From NCBI GenBank assembly GCA_046328075.1, contig JAXLXG010000007.1, forward strand, positions 26,968-90,967: 64,000 bases of DNA. The letters run 5' to 3'. The DNA is from Candidatus Sericytochromatia bacterium. GTDB lineage: Bacteria; Cyanobacteriota; Sericytochromatia; UBA7694; JACMQJ01. Positions 37,513 to 49,396 of the stretch are shown here, in pieces. Both the position numbers and the translations under genes were made by a program. The notes below the pieces were generated by a model. The model was not told the origin of the DNA, ran no database searches, and saw only the letters and a program-made list of their open reading frames with translations. The number at the start of each line of letters is the position of its first letter. The stretch's first letter is position 1.

Positions 37513-38742
37513 ATGAATCATATCAAAATTATTTTCGTAGATAATAATATTATTTTTTGCTTTAGCAATGATAATAAAATATATAAAGAAATATTTGATG
37601 AAAGTCAAATAGAATCTACTTTATTAAAGTATTTTAATCTTTTATATAAAGAAAAAGATGACAAAGTTAGTAAATCCTTTATTAAATCATTAATAAAAAT
37701 GAGATTTCTTGAAAATGCTGTTTTATTTGTAAATCAAAATAAAAGTTGGTATAGACAAAAAAATATTACTGAATATAATAAAATAAAATCTCTTTATCTA
37801 GAAACTTATGATAACTCTATACTTTTAAAAGATATTCTAAATAAAAGAATACAAGATAATAATTTTTTACTAAAAGAGTTAGAAATAAATGTAAATAAAA
37901 ACCCAAATGATGATTATGCTTTATTCAAATATGGTTTAGCCTTAGCTAATTTTAATAATTATGATGATGCTATAGATAATATTAGAGAAGCAATATCTAT
38001 AAATAGTAATAATCCAGAGTATTTCTATCAATTAGCTTTAATTTATCAAAAATGTAAAAAGTATGAGTTAGCAATTTCAGAAATTGTTTCAGCTTTAGTA
38101 ATTGATTTAGAAAACTACAAATATATAAAAACTTTAGCAGAATTATACTTTGAAATAAATAAATATAAAGAAAGTTTAGATATGTATAATGAATTATTAA
38201 CAGATCCTAAAATACCTTTAGACGATATATTTGAACTGCAAATAAGAGTAGGATTAATTTACAATAAATTAGGTTTTTTCGATGATTCTATTCTTTTATT
38301 TAGTGAAATCTTAGAATTAGAACCTAATAATATAGAAGCTAAAATTGCTTATGAAGAAGCAATAGAATTAAAAAAAAGACTTACATCAGCAGATTTAAAT
38401 AATCTTGGTATAGCATATGCAGAAAAAAATAAATATGATAAAGCTATAGAAAAATTTAAAAAAGCTATAGAAATTAATCCTTCTGATCCTGAATTTTATT
38501 TTAATCTTGGTATGGCATATAAAAAAAACGATATGTTAATACAAGCATCTTTAGAATTTAAAAATGCTTTAAAAATAAATGAGAGTTTATATGATATTTA
38601 TCTAGAACTTGCTGAAATTTATGAAAAACAAAATAATAATAATTTGGCTATTGAAGAATATAAAAAATATATAGAAAAAAGTAACGATTTAAACAAAATA
38701 AAAGATATAAAAAAATTACTTGAATCACTAATAACTAAATAA
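37513..38742 (+). CDS. TPR-repeat protein
   Basis: Canonical TPRs (NNLGIAYAEKNKYDKAIEKFKKAIEINPSDPEFYFNLG). Confidence 0.88.
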   Translation: MNHIKIIFVDNNIIFCFSNDNKIYKEIFDESQIESTLLKYFNLLYKEKDDKVSKSFIKSLIKMRFLENAVLFVNQNKSWYRQKNITEYNKIKSLYLETYDNSILLKDILNKRIQDNNFLLKELEINVNKNPNDDYALFKYGLALANFNNYDDAIDNIREAISINSNNPEYFYQLALIYQKCKKYELAISEIVSALVIDLENYKYIKTLAELYFEINKYKESLDMYNELLTDPKIPLDDIFELQIRVGLIYNKLGFFDDSILLFSEILELEPNNIEAKIAYEEAIELKKRLTSADLNNLGIAYAEKNKYDKAIEKFKKAIEINPSDPEFYFNLGMAYKKNDMLIQASLEFKNALKINESLYDIYLELAEIYEKQNNNNLAIEEYKKYIEKSNDLNKIKDIKKLLESLITK

Positions 38743-38850
38743 AAAAGTAAAAAATAACTTAACTTATTAAAACTAATATTATTAAGGTTTTAACTAAAAA
38801 TATGATAAGTTATTTTTTTAATAAGTCTAATAACCAGATGTTTGATTATA

Positions 38851-39846
38851 TTAAATATTAATTATATTTACCCAATCTCTTAATCTATTCATTCCTTCTT
38901 CTACAGATATATCTGCATAAAATCCTAAATCTCTTACAGAAGCACTATTATTAAACCAGTGAGGAGTTGCAAGTTGTTTTACTAAAAATCTTGTAAGTGG
39001 AGGTTCTGATTTAATATTTAAAAATTTATAAAAAGTTTCTAATAAAGTTCCTGCAAAATATGCAACAGGCATTGAAACTCTTTTTTCAACGACTGGTGCA
39101 TTTGCAGCTTTTAAAATACCATTAATTAATTCATCTATATATATTGGTTTTCCTTGTGTAATAAAATAAGCTTTACCAGAAATATTAGAGCCTATATCTA
39201 GTTTTTCAGAAGCTAAAATATGAGCTTTAGCTGCATTATCTATATACACACAATCAACAAGATAACGATTATTACCAATTAATCTTAATTTATTTTCTTT
39301 TGCTTTTTTTACCAGTCTAGGTAAAAAATGGTGATCTTCTGGCCCCCATATCAAATGAGGTCTTAAAGCAACTGTACTTAAATATTTTCCATTAGCTTCT
39401 AAAATCTTTTTTTCAGCAATTGCTTTTGTTTTTGGATAATTCGCTTCAAATTCATCTGGATAAGGTAAAGACTCATTATCACCTTCTATTCCTTTTCCAT
39501 TATATATAACACTAGGGGTACTTGTATAAACAAGTTTTTTTATACCCGCTTCTTTACAAGCTTTTATTATATTTTCAGTTCCAATAACATTTGCATTATA
39601 AAAATCAGAATAATCTCCCCAAATACCTGCTTTAGCAGCAACATGAAAAACAATATCATGATCTTTAAGAGCATCTAATAATTTATTATACTCATTTAAG
39701 TCACCTTGAATATGAGTTACACCAAGTTTATCTAAATCTGGATAATTTGAACGTGAATAACTTGTAATTTTATGATTTTTTTCTAGTAGCTGTTTAATAA
39801 TGGCTTTTCCTAAAAAACCACCACCACCTGTTATAAATACATTCAT
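38851..39846 (-). CDS. oleD: 2-alkyl-3-oxoalkanoate reductase (3-beta-HSD family)
   Basis: TGGGGFLG, HVAAKAGIWG, YTSTPSV, YPKTK, LRPHLIWGPED; last gene of the ole operon. Confidence 0.88.
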   Translation of the reverse strand: MNVFITGGGGFLGKAIIKQLLEKNHKITSYSRSNYPDLDKLGVTHIQGDLNEYNKLLDALKDHDIVFHVAAKAGIWGDYSDFYNANVIGTENIIKACKEAGIKKLVYTSTPSVIYNGKGIEGDNESLPYPDEFEANYPKTKAIAEKKILEANGKYLSTVALRPHLIWGPEDHHFLPRLVKKAKENKLRLIGNNRYLVDCVYIDNAAKAHILASEKLDIGSNISGKAYFITQGKPIYIDELINGILKAANAPVVEKRVSMPVAYFAGTLLETFYKFLNIKSEPPLTRFLVKQLATPHWFNNSASVRDLGFYADISVEEGMNRLRDWVNIINI

Positions 39847-41507
39847 TTTAATTGATTTTCAGCCCAAACAGCTAATTTTTCTCTAAATATTTTCGCATTA
39901 TGTCTTATATCTACAGGAAAAGACTCATGAAATAAAATATATTTTATATTTTTTGTATGTTCAAATTTTTGAGCTAATTCTAATAAATCAGTTTGTATAA
40001 ATTGTCTATCATAATTAACTGAATCATGTTCCAATTCTACACATATTACAGGTTCAACTTTTCCATTTATTTTAGCACTAACTAAAGCTGTTCTAAAAAC
40101 CTCTTTATGAGTATTAAAAATAGATTCACATTGTATTGTATAAAGTGTTTCTTTTTCTGTTATAACTCTATGTGCTTTTCTACCACAAAACCACAATCTT
40201 CCCCGTTCATCAAAATAGCCTAAATCTCCCATTCTATGTCTTAAAGACTTTTTATCTTGTGAATCATATATTTTAGCTAATTTATTTGAATTTTCTCTAT
40301 TGTAATAAGATAATGTGACATTATCTCCTTTTACAACTATTTCACCGATTTCACCTTGTTTTAACTTTAAACCATCATTCCAAAATTCAATTTGTTCATC
40401 TGTTATTTTTATTATATCAACTTGAATAGTCGAAACAGGTTTTCCAATGCAAACACCTTTACCTAGATCTGTTAATTGTCTTGTATCATTTAAAATTTCT
40501 TTATTATTAATAGAACTTATTGGTAAACACTCTGTTGCACCATAAGGAGTAAAAATTCTTGCTTCATCTGGAAGCATCTTTGTAAATCTTTCAAGAATTG
40601 TTGCAGAAACAGGAGCACCAGCTGAAATAGTTCTTTTTATTGTTTTTAATTTGATATTATTTTTTTCACCATATCGGCTAAGAGTATTTATCAATGCAGG
40701 TGAACCAAACATATTTGTAACTCCAAAACGCTCTATAGCATAAATTAATTTTTGAGGATCTGCTTTTGCTGGTGCTGTAAAATCCATTTCAGGAATTACA
40801 GTTGTCATACCCAAAGCAGGATCGAATAAAGCAAACATAGGGAAAGTAGGTAAATCAATTTCACCATCTTCTATTGTATATAAAGCCTTTAATTTTTCTA
40901 CTTGATCAGCAAAATTACCATGATTATAAACAACACCTTTAGGAACTCCTGTACTACCACTTGTAAATAAAATTGCTGCCATATCTTCTTTTTTTGTTTC
41001 TGCATTTTTATAATTTGAAGAACCCAATTTTTTTATTTCTTTAAGTGTTGTTCCACCCCAAAATAATTTATTACCAACAGTAACATTTTTCTTTATTGTA
41101 TTTTTACCCCAACCAAGTATTAATCTTGCAATATGAGCTTTGGGAATACCAATAAATGCTTCTGGTTCAGCTTCACTTATACAAGTTTTTAAATTTTTAG
41201 TTCCCATTCCAGGATCAATCATAACAGGTACAATACCTGCCTTAAATAAGGCAAAAGTTAAAGCAAAAAATTCTAAACTTGGTTTAACCATTAAAACAGT
41301 TCTACAACCTTTTTTAATTCCAAATTTTTCTAATCCATCAGCAATAATATTACTTTGCTCTAAAAGTTGTCTAAATGTATAACTTGAATATTCAACTTCT
41401 CCTTTAGAGTTTCTAGTTTCTGGATATAAAATTGCAAGTTTATCAGGCTGTTTTTCTGCTGTAGTATCAAGAGCAGAAGCAATATTTACATAATCGGTTG
41501 TATTCAT
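39843..41507 (-). CDS. oleC: Olefin beta-lactone synthetase (AMP-binding)
   Basis: FTSGSTGVPKGV, DLPTFPMFALF, YGATECLP, HRMGDLG, PVDIRHNAKIFREKL. Confidence 0.9.
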   Translation of the reverse strand: MNTTDYVNIASALDTTAEKQPDKLAILYPETRNSKGEVEYSSYTFRQLLEQSNIIADGLEKFGIKKGCRTVLMVKPSLEFFALTFALFKAGIVPVMIDPGMGTKNLKTCISEAEPEAFIGIPKAHIARLILGWGKNTIKKNVTVGNKLFWGGTTLKEIKKLGSSNYKNAETKKEDMAAILFTSGSTGVPKGVVYNHGNFADQVEKLKALYTIEDGEIDLPTFPMFALFDPALGMTTVIPEMDFTAPAKADPQKLIYAIERFGVTNMFGSPALINTLSRYGEKNNIKLKTIKRTISAGAPVSATILERFTKMLPDEARIFTPYGATECLPISSINNKEILNDTRQLTDLGKGVCIGKPVSTIQVDIIKITDEQIEFWNDGLKLKQGEIGEIVVKGDNVTLSYYNRENSNKLAKIYDSQDKKSLRHRMGDLGYFDERGRLWFCGRKAHRVITEKETLYTIQCESIFNTHKEVFRTALVSAKINGKVEPVICVELEHDSVNYDRQFIQTDLLELAQKFEHTKNIKYILFHESFPVDIRHNAKIFREKLAVWAENQLK

Positions 41508-42430
41508 TTTTTAATTGGATTATCTCTTAAAAAATTTTGTATATGTTTTATAACTTCCTCAGAAGCATCTTCTAAAATATAATGCCCACAATCATCAAAT
41601 TTATGAACTTTTGCATTAGGAAAATATTTTATAAATTCATTAAGGAAATGTTCATCAAAAACAAAATCTTTCATTCCCCAACACATTAAAATAGGTAATT
41701 TATTAAATTGTTCTAAATTCTCTTGAACATTACTTACTATATCATAGCTTTTATCCCCTTCTTCAAGAGGTATATCTTGAACAAAACGAATTGTTGCAAT
41801 TCTATTTTCTGGTGAATTATATGGAGCACAATAAGCCTCACGAATTTCTTTTGGCATAAGATTTCTTGTGCAACCTACAACAGAAGCTCCAGCACTAAAA
41901 GCGTTAAAATGTCTAACTAAATTTTCACCTATTTGAGTATTTCTAAATAATTTTAGTGTAAATGGCATTTTTTTTGTAGATGGAAGATGAAATCCAGAAG
42001 TGTTTAATAAGACTATTCTTTTAATAGATTCAGGGTGGCGTGTTGCATAAGCTAGACCTATCATTCCACCCCAGTCATGAACAACGAGAGTTATATTTTT
42101 ATCAATTTTAAGGTATTGCAATAACATCTCTAAATCATCAACTCTTTGTTCAAGTGTGTAATCATAATTTTCATCACTTGGTTTATCAGAAAAACCACAT
42201 CCAATATGATCAGGAACAATACATCTATATTCTAATCTTAAAGACTTAACAAGATTTCTATAATATATTGACCATGAAGGGTTACCATGAAGCATAACAA
42301 CTGGATCGCCCTGACCTTCATCTAAATAATGATATTTAATATCAGTCAAATCAAGATATTTACCCTCAAATGGATAAATATCCTTACTTATAGAAAATGT
42401 ATCTACCATATAACTTCCATCATAGTACAA
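41504..42430 (-). CDS. oleB: cis-3-alkyl-4-alkyloxetan-2-one decarboxylase (haloalkane dehalogenase-like)
   Basis: HGNPSWS, PDHIGCGFSDKP, HDWGG, CGHYILED; lies between oleA and oleC. Confidence 0.88.
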   Translation of the reverse strand: MYYDGSYMVDTFSISKDIYPFEGKYLDLTDIKYHYLDEGQGDPVVMLHGNPSWSIYYRNLVKSLRLEYRCIVPDHIGCGFSDKPSDENYDYTLEQRVDDLEMLLQYLKIDKNITLVVHDWGGMIGLAYATRHPESIKRIVLLNTSGFHLPSTKKMPFTLKLFRNTQIGENLVRHFNAFSAGASVVGCTRNLMPKEIREAYCAPYNSPENRIATIRFVQDIPLEEGDKSYDIVSNVQENLEQFNKLPILMCWGMKDFVFDEHFLNEFIKYFPNAKVHKFDDCGHYILEDASEEVIKHIQNFLRDNPIKK

Positions 42431-43452
42431 TTTAAACCACTACCAATACCCATTAAAGCAATTCTATCCCCTTCTTTTAATATTTCAGCTTCATTAGCCT
42501 TAGAAAGAGTAATAGGAACAGCAGCAGGCCCTATATTACCAAACTCTGGGTAGGTTGCAAATATTTTACTTGTATCAAGTTGTAATGCTTCAGATAATTT
42601 TGCAGTATGATTAGTACTAACCTGATGCAATACTAAATGATCAATTTGTTTATCTGACCAACCTAATTCATTTTTTGCTTTTTGATATGTCTCTGAAGCT
42701 AGTTTAATTCCAGACACAAGTAATTTACTGGCATCTGTTAACATCCCTTCTCTTTGCCCAAGACATAACTTATTATGTTCTGTTGCAGCTAAGCTAACAC
42801 AACCTACAAGTTTATGACCTTTAGGAGACAAATCACTTCTACATAATACCATTGCAGCTGCACCAGATCCAAGAGTTAAAGTAGCAAAATTAGCTCTAAA
42901 AGTTTGCTCATCAATATTATTATTTAAAAGATTATCAATAGTATGATTTACAACATATCTACTTCCTTCACCATCAACAATTAAAGCATAATCTATTTTT
43001 CCTGAGTCAATCATATTTCCAGCAACTTCCATTGCATTTATAAAAGCTATACAAGCATTACCCAAATCAAAGTTTAAACAATTAGGGTCTAGTTTTAAAT
43101 TTCCATGTACTAAACAAGCTACAGAAGGTTCTATATAATCTTTACAAACAGATGTACTAATTAATAAGCCGATTTTTGATTTATCAAGATTTGCAGATTC
43201 TAATGCTTTAACTCCTGCTTGAGTTGCTACATCACTAGGCTGAACACCATCTTCCCAAAATCTTCTCTCTTTAATTCCTGTAAGTGCTTGAATAATATTT
43301 GGTCTTAAATTGAATTTTTCCATAACTGGTTTAAGACGTTCTTCTAACTCTTGTGATGTAACAACAATAGGTGCATCAACATGAGCAATTCCAGCTATAG
43401 AAACATTTTTAAAAAGCATTAACGTTCCTTTCAAATCTATTATGAAAAACAA
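42403..43452 (-). CDS. oleA: Acyl-CoA:acyl-CoA alkyltransferase (thiolase/FabH-like)
   Basis: YIEPSVA (Glu), NACIAF (Cys), HQVS, GNIGPA, MGIGSGLNC. Confidence 0.9.
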   Translation of the reverse strand: MFFIIDLKGTLMLFKNVSIAGIAHVDAPIVVTSQELEERLKPVMEKFNLRPNIIQALTGIKERRFWEDGVQPSDVATQAGVKALESANLDKSKIGLLISTSVCKDYIEPSVACLVHGNLKLDPNCLNFDLGNACIAFINAMEVAGNMIDSGKIDYALIVDGEGSRYVVNHTIDNLLNNNIDEQTFRANFATLTLGSGAAAMVLCRSDLSPKGHKLVGCVSLAATEHNKLCLGQREGMLTDASKLLVSGIKLASETYQKAKNELGWSDKQIDHLVLHQVSTNHTAKLSEALQLDTSKIFATYPEFGNIGPAAVPITLSKANEAEILKEGDRIALMGIGSGLNCTMMEVIW

Positions 43453-43673
43453 AATAGCTATAATACTAAAGAATTTTACAGTGTTAGAGTACTGATAACC
43501 AATCTAAAATTAACATCAATTAAAATTATTTAATATTATTCTTAGAAAAATTGTAGAACACAGATTTTAAAGATTTTAAAGATTTAAATAGATTATTTTT
43601 TATTTATAAAATTATCCTTTAAATCCATTAGATCTGTGTCATTCGTGTTTTATATACTTTTGCATTCTATTTT

Positions 43674-44846
43674 TTAAGCTTTTAAAGCATCAATAATTCT
43701 TTGACTTGCTTTTCCATCTCCATAAGGGTTATGTGCCATACTCATTGAATTATAAGCATCTTTATCATTTAAGAGTTTATTAGTTTCTTTTATTAATAAA
43801 TCCTTATCAGTACCAACAAGCTTAACTGTTCCTGCTATTACAGCTTCAGGTCTTTCTGTTGTATCACGCATAACTAAAACAGGTTTCCCAAGAGAAGGTG
43901 CTTCTTCTTGAACACCTCCAGAATCTGTAAGAATAATATATGATTTACTCATTAAATAAACAAAAGGCTCATAATCTAATGGTTCTATTAAATGAACATT
44001 AGGAATATCTCCAATAATTCTCATTACAGGTTCTCTTACATTAGGATTAAGATGAACTGGATATATTATCTCTACATCTTTATTATTTGCAATTTCTTTT
44101 ATACCATGACAGATATTTTCAAAACCTTGACCAAAATTTTCTCTTCTATGTCCTGTAAGTAAAATAACTTTTTTATTATTTTCTGGATTAATTTTATTAA
44201 TTAAATCACTTATATTTTTAACTTTTTCAGAAAAACTATTATTTTCTTCATCTTTTTTTAATTTATCAATAGTTAAGAATAAAGCATCTATCACAGTATT
44301 TCCTGTAATAAAAATATCTTTTTCTTCGATATTTTCTTTTAATAAATTATCTTTTGAAGTTTGAGTTGGTGCAAAATGTAAATCTGCCATACAAGTTGTA
44401 ATTTTTCTATTAATTTCCTCAGGAAAAGGACTGTATTTATTAAAGGTTCTTAAACCTGCCTCTACATGACCTATTTTTATTTTAAGATAAAAAGCAGCAA
44501 GTGAAGCAACAAAAACAGTTGTTGTATCACCTTGAACTAAAATAATATCAGGTTTTTCCTTTTCTAGTATTGGTTGAATATTTAACAATACATTTGATGT
44601 AAGTTCAAATAAACTTTGATTTGGTTTCATTATATTTAAGTCATAGTGAGGTTTTATATTAAATAATTCCAAAACTTGATCAAGCATTTGTCTATGTTGT
44701 GCTGTAACACAAATAATTGATTCAAAATCATCTTTATATTCTTCAAGTTTTTTTATAACTGGTGCAAGTTTTACCGCTTCGGGTCTTGTACCAAAGATAG
44801 TCATTACTTTTAACAAGTTATTTAGATTCCATTTCTTTTTTTTCAA
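43674..44846 (-). CDS. wecB: UDP-N-acetylglucosamine 2-epimerase (non-hydrolysing)
   Basis: [47 protein letters not shown]; true start probably slightly downstream of the ORF start. Confidence 0.96.
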   Translation of the reverse strand: MKKKKWNLNNLLKVMTIFGTRPEAVKLAPVIKKLEEYKDDFESIICVTAQHRQMLDQVLELFNIKPHYDLNIMKPNQSLFELTSNVLLNIQPILEKEKPDIILVQGDTTTVFVASLAAFYLKIKIGHVEAGLRTFNKYSPFPEEINRKITTCMADLHFAPTQTSKDNLLKENIEEKDIFITGNTVIDALFLTIDKLKKDEENNSFSEKVKNISDLINKINPENNKKVILLTGHRRENFGQGFENICHGIKEIANNKDVEIIYPVHLNPNVREPVMRIIGDIPNVHLIEPLDYEPFVYLMSKSYIILTDSGGVQEEAPSLGKPVLVMRDTTERPEAVIAGTVKLVGTDKDLLIKETNKLLNDKDAYNSMSMAHNPYGDGKASQRIIDALKA

Positions 44847-45198
44847 TACGAATAAATATTATATCAATATATGGTAATGGACTTTTAATTATATCTAAAA
44901 TATTATCTTTAACTTTTACAACATTATTGACTTTATTATCTTGTGGTTGTTCATGTAAACCTTGATAATTTGAGGCAATACTAATTAAGTTATACATCTC
45001 ATATTTTGTCATAGGAATAAAATCATCAGGATTTATTTTATTAATCTTATCCCTTATTTTTTTTAGATAAGTTAAATCTTTTTCAATATCATCTACATAC
45101 TTATCATATTTATTTCTAGCTGATCCTAATTGAGCTATAGATGAATCCATTGCTATAATTAAACTATCTACTTGCTGTTTTGTTAATTCTACTTTCAT
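44818..45198 (-). CDS. Hypothetical protein
   Basis: 126-aa ORF overlapping both neighbours. Confidence 0.6.
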   Translation of the reverse strand: MKVELTKQQVDSLIIAMDSSIAQLGSARNKYDKYVDDIEKDLTYLKKIRDKINKINPDDFIPMTKYEMYNLISIASNYQGLHEQPQDNKVNNVVKVKDNILDIIKSPLPYIDIIFIRIEKKEMESK

Positions 45199-46790
45199 TA
45201 TATTGTTAGTCTAGGTTTAAATTCTCCAAAAATATTTCTAAAAACGTCACATATTTCACCAATTGTTGCATAAACTTTTACTGCTTCAAGAATATATGGT
45301 AAAAGGTTTTCGTTTGTTTTAGCCTTTTCATCTAATAATTTCAAAGCTAATTTCACTTTTTCATTATCTCTTTTTTCTTTAAGTAATTTTAAGGCAGATA
45401 CTTGTTTTATTTCTAAATCTCTACTTACTTTTTCAATAACTTTATCATCATTTTCTTCAATAACAAATTTATTTACACCAACAATTATTCTTTCTTTATT
45501 TTCAACTTCTAATTGATACTTATAAGCACTATCTTGAATTTCTCTTTGAATATAACCCTCATTTATAGCTTCAAGAACACCACCATTTTCATCAATTTTT
45601 GAAAAATATTCTAAAACACCTTTTTCAATTTTATTTGTCATCTCTTCTATAAAGTATGAACCACCTAAAGGATCAGAAGTTAAAGGAACATCTGTTTCAT
45701 AAGCAATAACTTGTTGAACTCTTAGAGCTGTTCTTGCAGATTCTTCTGTTGGTAAAGCCAAAGCTTCATCATGAGAATTTGTATGAAGAGATTGTGCTCC
45801 TCCTAAAGTTGCAGCAAGAGCTTCTATTGTTGTTCTAATAATATTATTTTCAATTTGTTGTGCTGTAAGTGAAGAACCAGCAGTTTGAACATGAAATCTT
45901 AAAAGCCAAGATTTAGGATTTTTTGCTCCTAGTTCTTCTTTCATTATTCTTGCCCAAAGTCTTCTTGCAGCTCGATATTTTGCAACTTCTTCAAGTAATT
46001 CTTTACTTGCACTAAAGAAAAATGATAATCTTGGTGCAACTGAGTCAATATCTATGCCTCTATCTTTTACTGCTTTAAGATATGTTTTAGCATTTGCTAA
46101 TGTAAATGCAACTTCTTGTATTGATGTTGCACCTGCTTCTCTTATATGATAACCACTTATACTAATAGTGTTCCAACTAGGAACATTTTTTGAACAATAT
46201 TCAAATGTATCTGTAATTAATCTAAGAGAAAAATTAGGTGGATAAATATATGTATTACGTGCAATATATTCTTTTAAAATATCATTTTGTATAGTTCCAT
46301 TTATCTTATCTGCTGAAACACCTTGTTTTTCGGCCACAGCAATATACATTGCTAAAAGAACTGATGCAGGAGCATTAATTGTCATTGAAGTACTAACTTT
46401 ATCAAGCGGTATTCCATCTAAAAGAACTTCCATATCAGCTAAGCTTGATATAGCCACACCTGTTTTACCAACTTCTCCAAGTGAAAGAGCATGATCTGAA
46501 TCTCTTCCCATTTGTGTTGGTAAATCAAAAGCAACACTTAAACCTGTTTGCCCTTGTTCAAGAAGATATTTAAATCTTTTATTTGTTTCTTGTGCTGTTC
46601 CAAAACCTGAATATTGCCTCATAGTCCATAATCTTGAAGTATACATTGATTTATGAATACCTCTTGTAAATGGATATTCTCCAGAATCAGATAAATCTTT
46701 TTGATAATCTATACTTACATTTTGATTATTATAAACAGAAGATATTTCTTCTCCAAAACTAAAATTTGTATATAATCCCTGTTTATTCAT
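45198..46790 (-). CDS. Methylmalonyl-CoA mutase family, N-terminal substrate-binding subunit
   Basis: [45 protein letters not shown]; no B12-binding domain. Confidence 0.93.
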   Translation of the reverse strand: MNKQGLYTNFSFGEEISSVYNNQNVSIDYQKDLSDSGEYPFTRGIHKSMYTSRLWTMRQYSGFGTAQETNKRFKYLLEQGQTGLSVAFDLPTQMGRDSDHALSLGEVGKTGVAISSLADMEVLLDGIPLDKVSTSMTINAPASVLLAMYIAVAEKQGVSADKINGTIQNDILKEYIARNTYIYPPNFSLRLITDTFEYCSKNVPSWNTISISGYHIREAGATSIQEVAFTLANAKTYLKAVKDRGIDIDSVAPRLSFFFSASKELLEEVAKYRAARRLWARIMKEELGAKNPKSWLLRFHVQTAGSSLTAQQIENNIIRTTIEALAATLGGAQSLHTNSHDEALALPTEESARTALRVQQVIAYETDVPLTSDPLGGSYFIEEMTNKIEKGVLEYFSKIDENGGVLEAINEGYIQREIQDSAYKYQLEVENKERIIVGVNKFVIEENDDKVIEKVSRDLEIKQVSALKLLKEKRDNEKVKLALKLLDEKAKTNENLLPYILEAVKVYATIGEICDVFRNIFGEFKPRLTI

Positions 46791-46894
46791 TCTATTTCCT
46801 CAATAATTCTACTTAATTAATATAGTGTTATATGATGTGTAAATTATATCATGTACATCTTCTAGTATTATAAAATAGGTATTTAGTATTAAAT

Positions 46895-49396
46895 TTATAT
46901 TTTTTTATAAAATATTTTCTTTGCAAACTCTGCTGTTATTATATAGGATAAAACAATCAAAATTACTGTAAATATAAAGTTTATAGGTATCTTTGTAAAA
47001 CCTAAAAGATGAGCAATAGGTGTAAAAGGTAAAATAAATGTTATAAGAACTATACTTAAAGTTGAGATTAGTAAATATTTACTTGGTTTACTATTAAATA
47101 TTGATTTTTGAGTTCTTATAACTAAAACAATTACTGAAGCTGAAACAACAGATTCTATAAACCAACCTGTTCTAAATTCTTCTGTACCTGCTTTTAAAAT
47201 AAAAATTAGTATAAAAAAAGTTGTATAGTCAAATAAAGAACTAATCAATCCAAAAACTACCATAAATTTTTTTATAAAATTAATATCCCATTTCTTTGGT
47301 TTTTCTATTGTTTCATAGTCTACATTATCAGTTGCTATTGTTATTTCTGGTAAATCTGTTAATAAATTTGTTAATAATATTTGCTTAGGAAGTAAAGGTA
47401 AAAAAGGTAAAAATAAAGATGCTCCAGCCATACTAAACATATTTCCAAAATTTGCACTTGTAGCCATAAAAATATATTTAAGTGTATTATTAAAAGTTTT
47501 TCTACCTTCAATAACACCCTTAATTAATATTCTAAGATCATGTTCAAGCATTACAATGTCTGCATTCTGTTTTGCAACATCAACAGCACTATCAACAGAA
47601 ATACCTACATCAGAGGCGTGTAATGCTGATACATCATTTATACCATCTCCAATATAGCCTGTAACATTTTTATTTTTTCTAAATGCTAAAACAATTCTTT
47701 CTTTTTGATTAGGTTCAATTTCTGCGAATATATCAATATTATTTATTTTTCTAGCGAGAGCTTCATCACTCATTCTATTTAGGTCTTGACCTGTTATAAT
47801 CTCGTTAACATTTAATTTAAGATTTTTCCCTAAGTTTGATGCAACAAATTTATTATCACCAGTAATCATTTTTAATGAAACACCTATTTTACTAAGCTCT
47901 TGAATTGTTTCCTCTATATTTTCCTTTAAAGGATCTTCTAAGATAAGAAAACCAATAAATATCATGTTATTTTCTTCTTTTATTAATTTTTCATATGATT
48001 CATTTATTTCTTTATAAGCAATTCCTAAAACTCTAAAACCTTGACTGCTTTTATCTGAGTAAATATTCTGTATTTTTTGCTTATATTCTGATATATCTTT
48101 TACTTCATCAGATACATTAATCTTATTACATATTTCTAATATATTTTTTAAAGCTCCTTTTGTTATCATTATTCTTTTTTCATTATGATCTGTAAGTATG
48201 CTTAGCATTTTCCTATTAAAGTCATAAGGTAATTCATCAACTTTTTTATAGTCATTAATATCAAGATTATATTCTTTTAATGCTGAGTCTATTGGGTTTA
48301 TGTAGCCTGTTTGAAAAACAGAGTTTATATATGTGTATAATAAAGCTTTTTTATTTTCAGAAGCACTAATATCAATTACCTCTTTAACTTTTACTGTACC
48401 TTGTGTTAAAGTCCCTGTTTTATCAGAACATAATATATTCATACTTCCTAAGTTTTCTATTGCAGGAAGTTTTTTTACTATAACTTTCTCCTTAGCCATA
48501 GTTTTTGCACCATGTGAGAGATTAACACTAATAATTACAGGTAAAAGTTGAGGTGTAAGACCTACAGATAGTGCTAAAGAAAAAAGAAAAGAATCAATAA
48601 TAGGTTTATGAAAGAAAACATTCCCTGCGAATATAAGTACTACAAGAATGAGAGTAATTTCCATTAAAAGATACCCAAAATGCCTTATACCTCTTTCAAA
48701 TTCTGTTTCTGAGTTTTTAATTTTTATATGCTCAGATATATTACCTATTTCTGTTTCTTTACCTGTATTGACAATAATTGCTGTTGCATTACCACTAATT
48801 ATATGAGTTCCCATAAATAATGAGTTTTTTCTTTTAGATAGGATTGTATTTACTTCTAAATTTATATTTTCTTTTTCAACAGGATATGTTTCCCCTGTTA
48901 AAGTTGCTTCATTTACAAAAAGATCTTTAGAATCAATTAATTTACAATCTCCAGGAATCATATCACCTGCACTTAGTTTAACAATATCTCCTTGCACAGT
49001 ATTTTCAAGAAGTATATCTTTTTCTTTATTATCTCTTATTACTGTTGTTTTTACTTCAACTAAAGATATTAAGTCCTTAACTGCTTCTGTTGCTCCTTTT
49101 TCTTGCCAAAAACCTAAAAAACCACTTAATAAAACTATTGACATTATTATATATGTATCAGTTGAATCATCTAAAAAGTAGGATATTATTGATGCGATAA
49201 TTAAAATCATTATTATCGGACTTTTAAACTGATTAAAAAACAGTAAGATTTTACTTTCTTCTTCTTTTTTAGAAAGGGAGTTTTTACCAAATTTATGAAT
49301 ATTATAATCTGCTTGTTTTTCTGATAGTCCCTTTATATCACTATTTAACGTTTTTATGATATTTTCATTACTTATAGCCCAAAAATTCTCTATCAT
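46895..49396 (-). CDS. mgtA: Magnesium-translocating P-type ATPase
   Basis: TGET, VGLTPQLLP, CSDKTGTLT, MITGDN, GDGINDV, SANFGNMFS. Confidence 0.92.
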   Translation of the reverse strand: MIENFWAISNENIIKTLNSDIKGLSEKQADYNIHKFGKNSLSKKEEESKILLFFNQFKSPIIMILIIASIISYFLDDSTDTYIIMSIVLLSGFLGFWQEKGATEAVKDLISLVEVKTTVIRDNKEKDILLENTVQGDIVKLSAGDMIPGDCKLIDSKDLFVNEATLTGETYPVEKENINLEVNTILSKRKNSLFMGTHIISGNATAIIVNTGKETEIGNISEHIKIKNSETEFERGIRHFGYLLMEITLILVVLIFAGNVFFHKPIIDSFLFSLALSVGLTPQLLPVIISVNLSHGAKTMAKEKVIVKKLPAIENLGSMNILCSDKTGTLTQGTVKVKEVIDISASENKKALLYTYINSVFQTGYINPIDSALKEYNLDINDYKKVDELPYDFNRKMLSILTDHNEKRIMITKGALKNILEICNKINVSDEVKDISEYKQKIQNIYSDKSSQGFRVLGIAYKEINESYEKLIKEENNMIFIGFLILEDPLKENIEETIQELSKIGVSLKMITGDNKFVASNLGKNLKLNVNEIITGQDLNRMSDEALARKINNIDIFAEIEPNQKERIVLAFRKNKNVTGYIGDGINDVSALHASDVGISVDSAVDVAKQNADIVMLEHDLRILIKGVIEGRKTFNNTLKYIFMATSANFGNMFSMAGASLFLPFLPLLPKQILLTNLLTDLPEITIATDNVDYETIEKPKKWDINFIKKFMVVFGLISSLFDYTTFFILIFILKAGTEEFRTGWFIESVVSASVIVLVIRTQKSIFNSKPSKYLLISTLSIVLITFILPFTPIAHLLGFTKIPINFIFTVILIVLSYIITAEFAKKIFYKKI

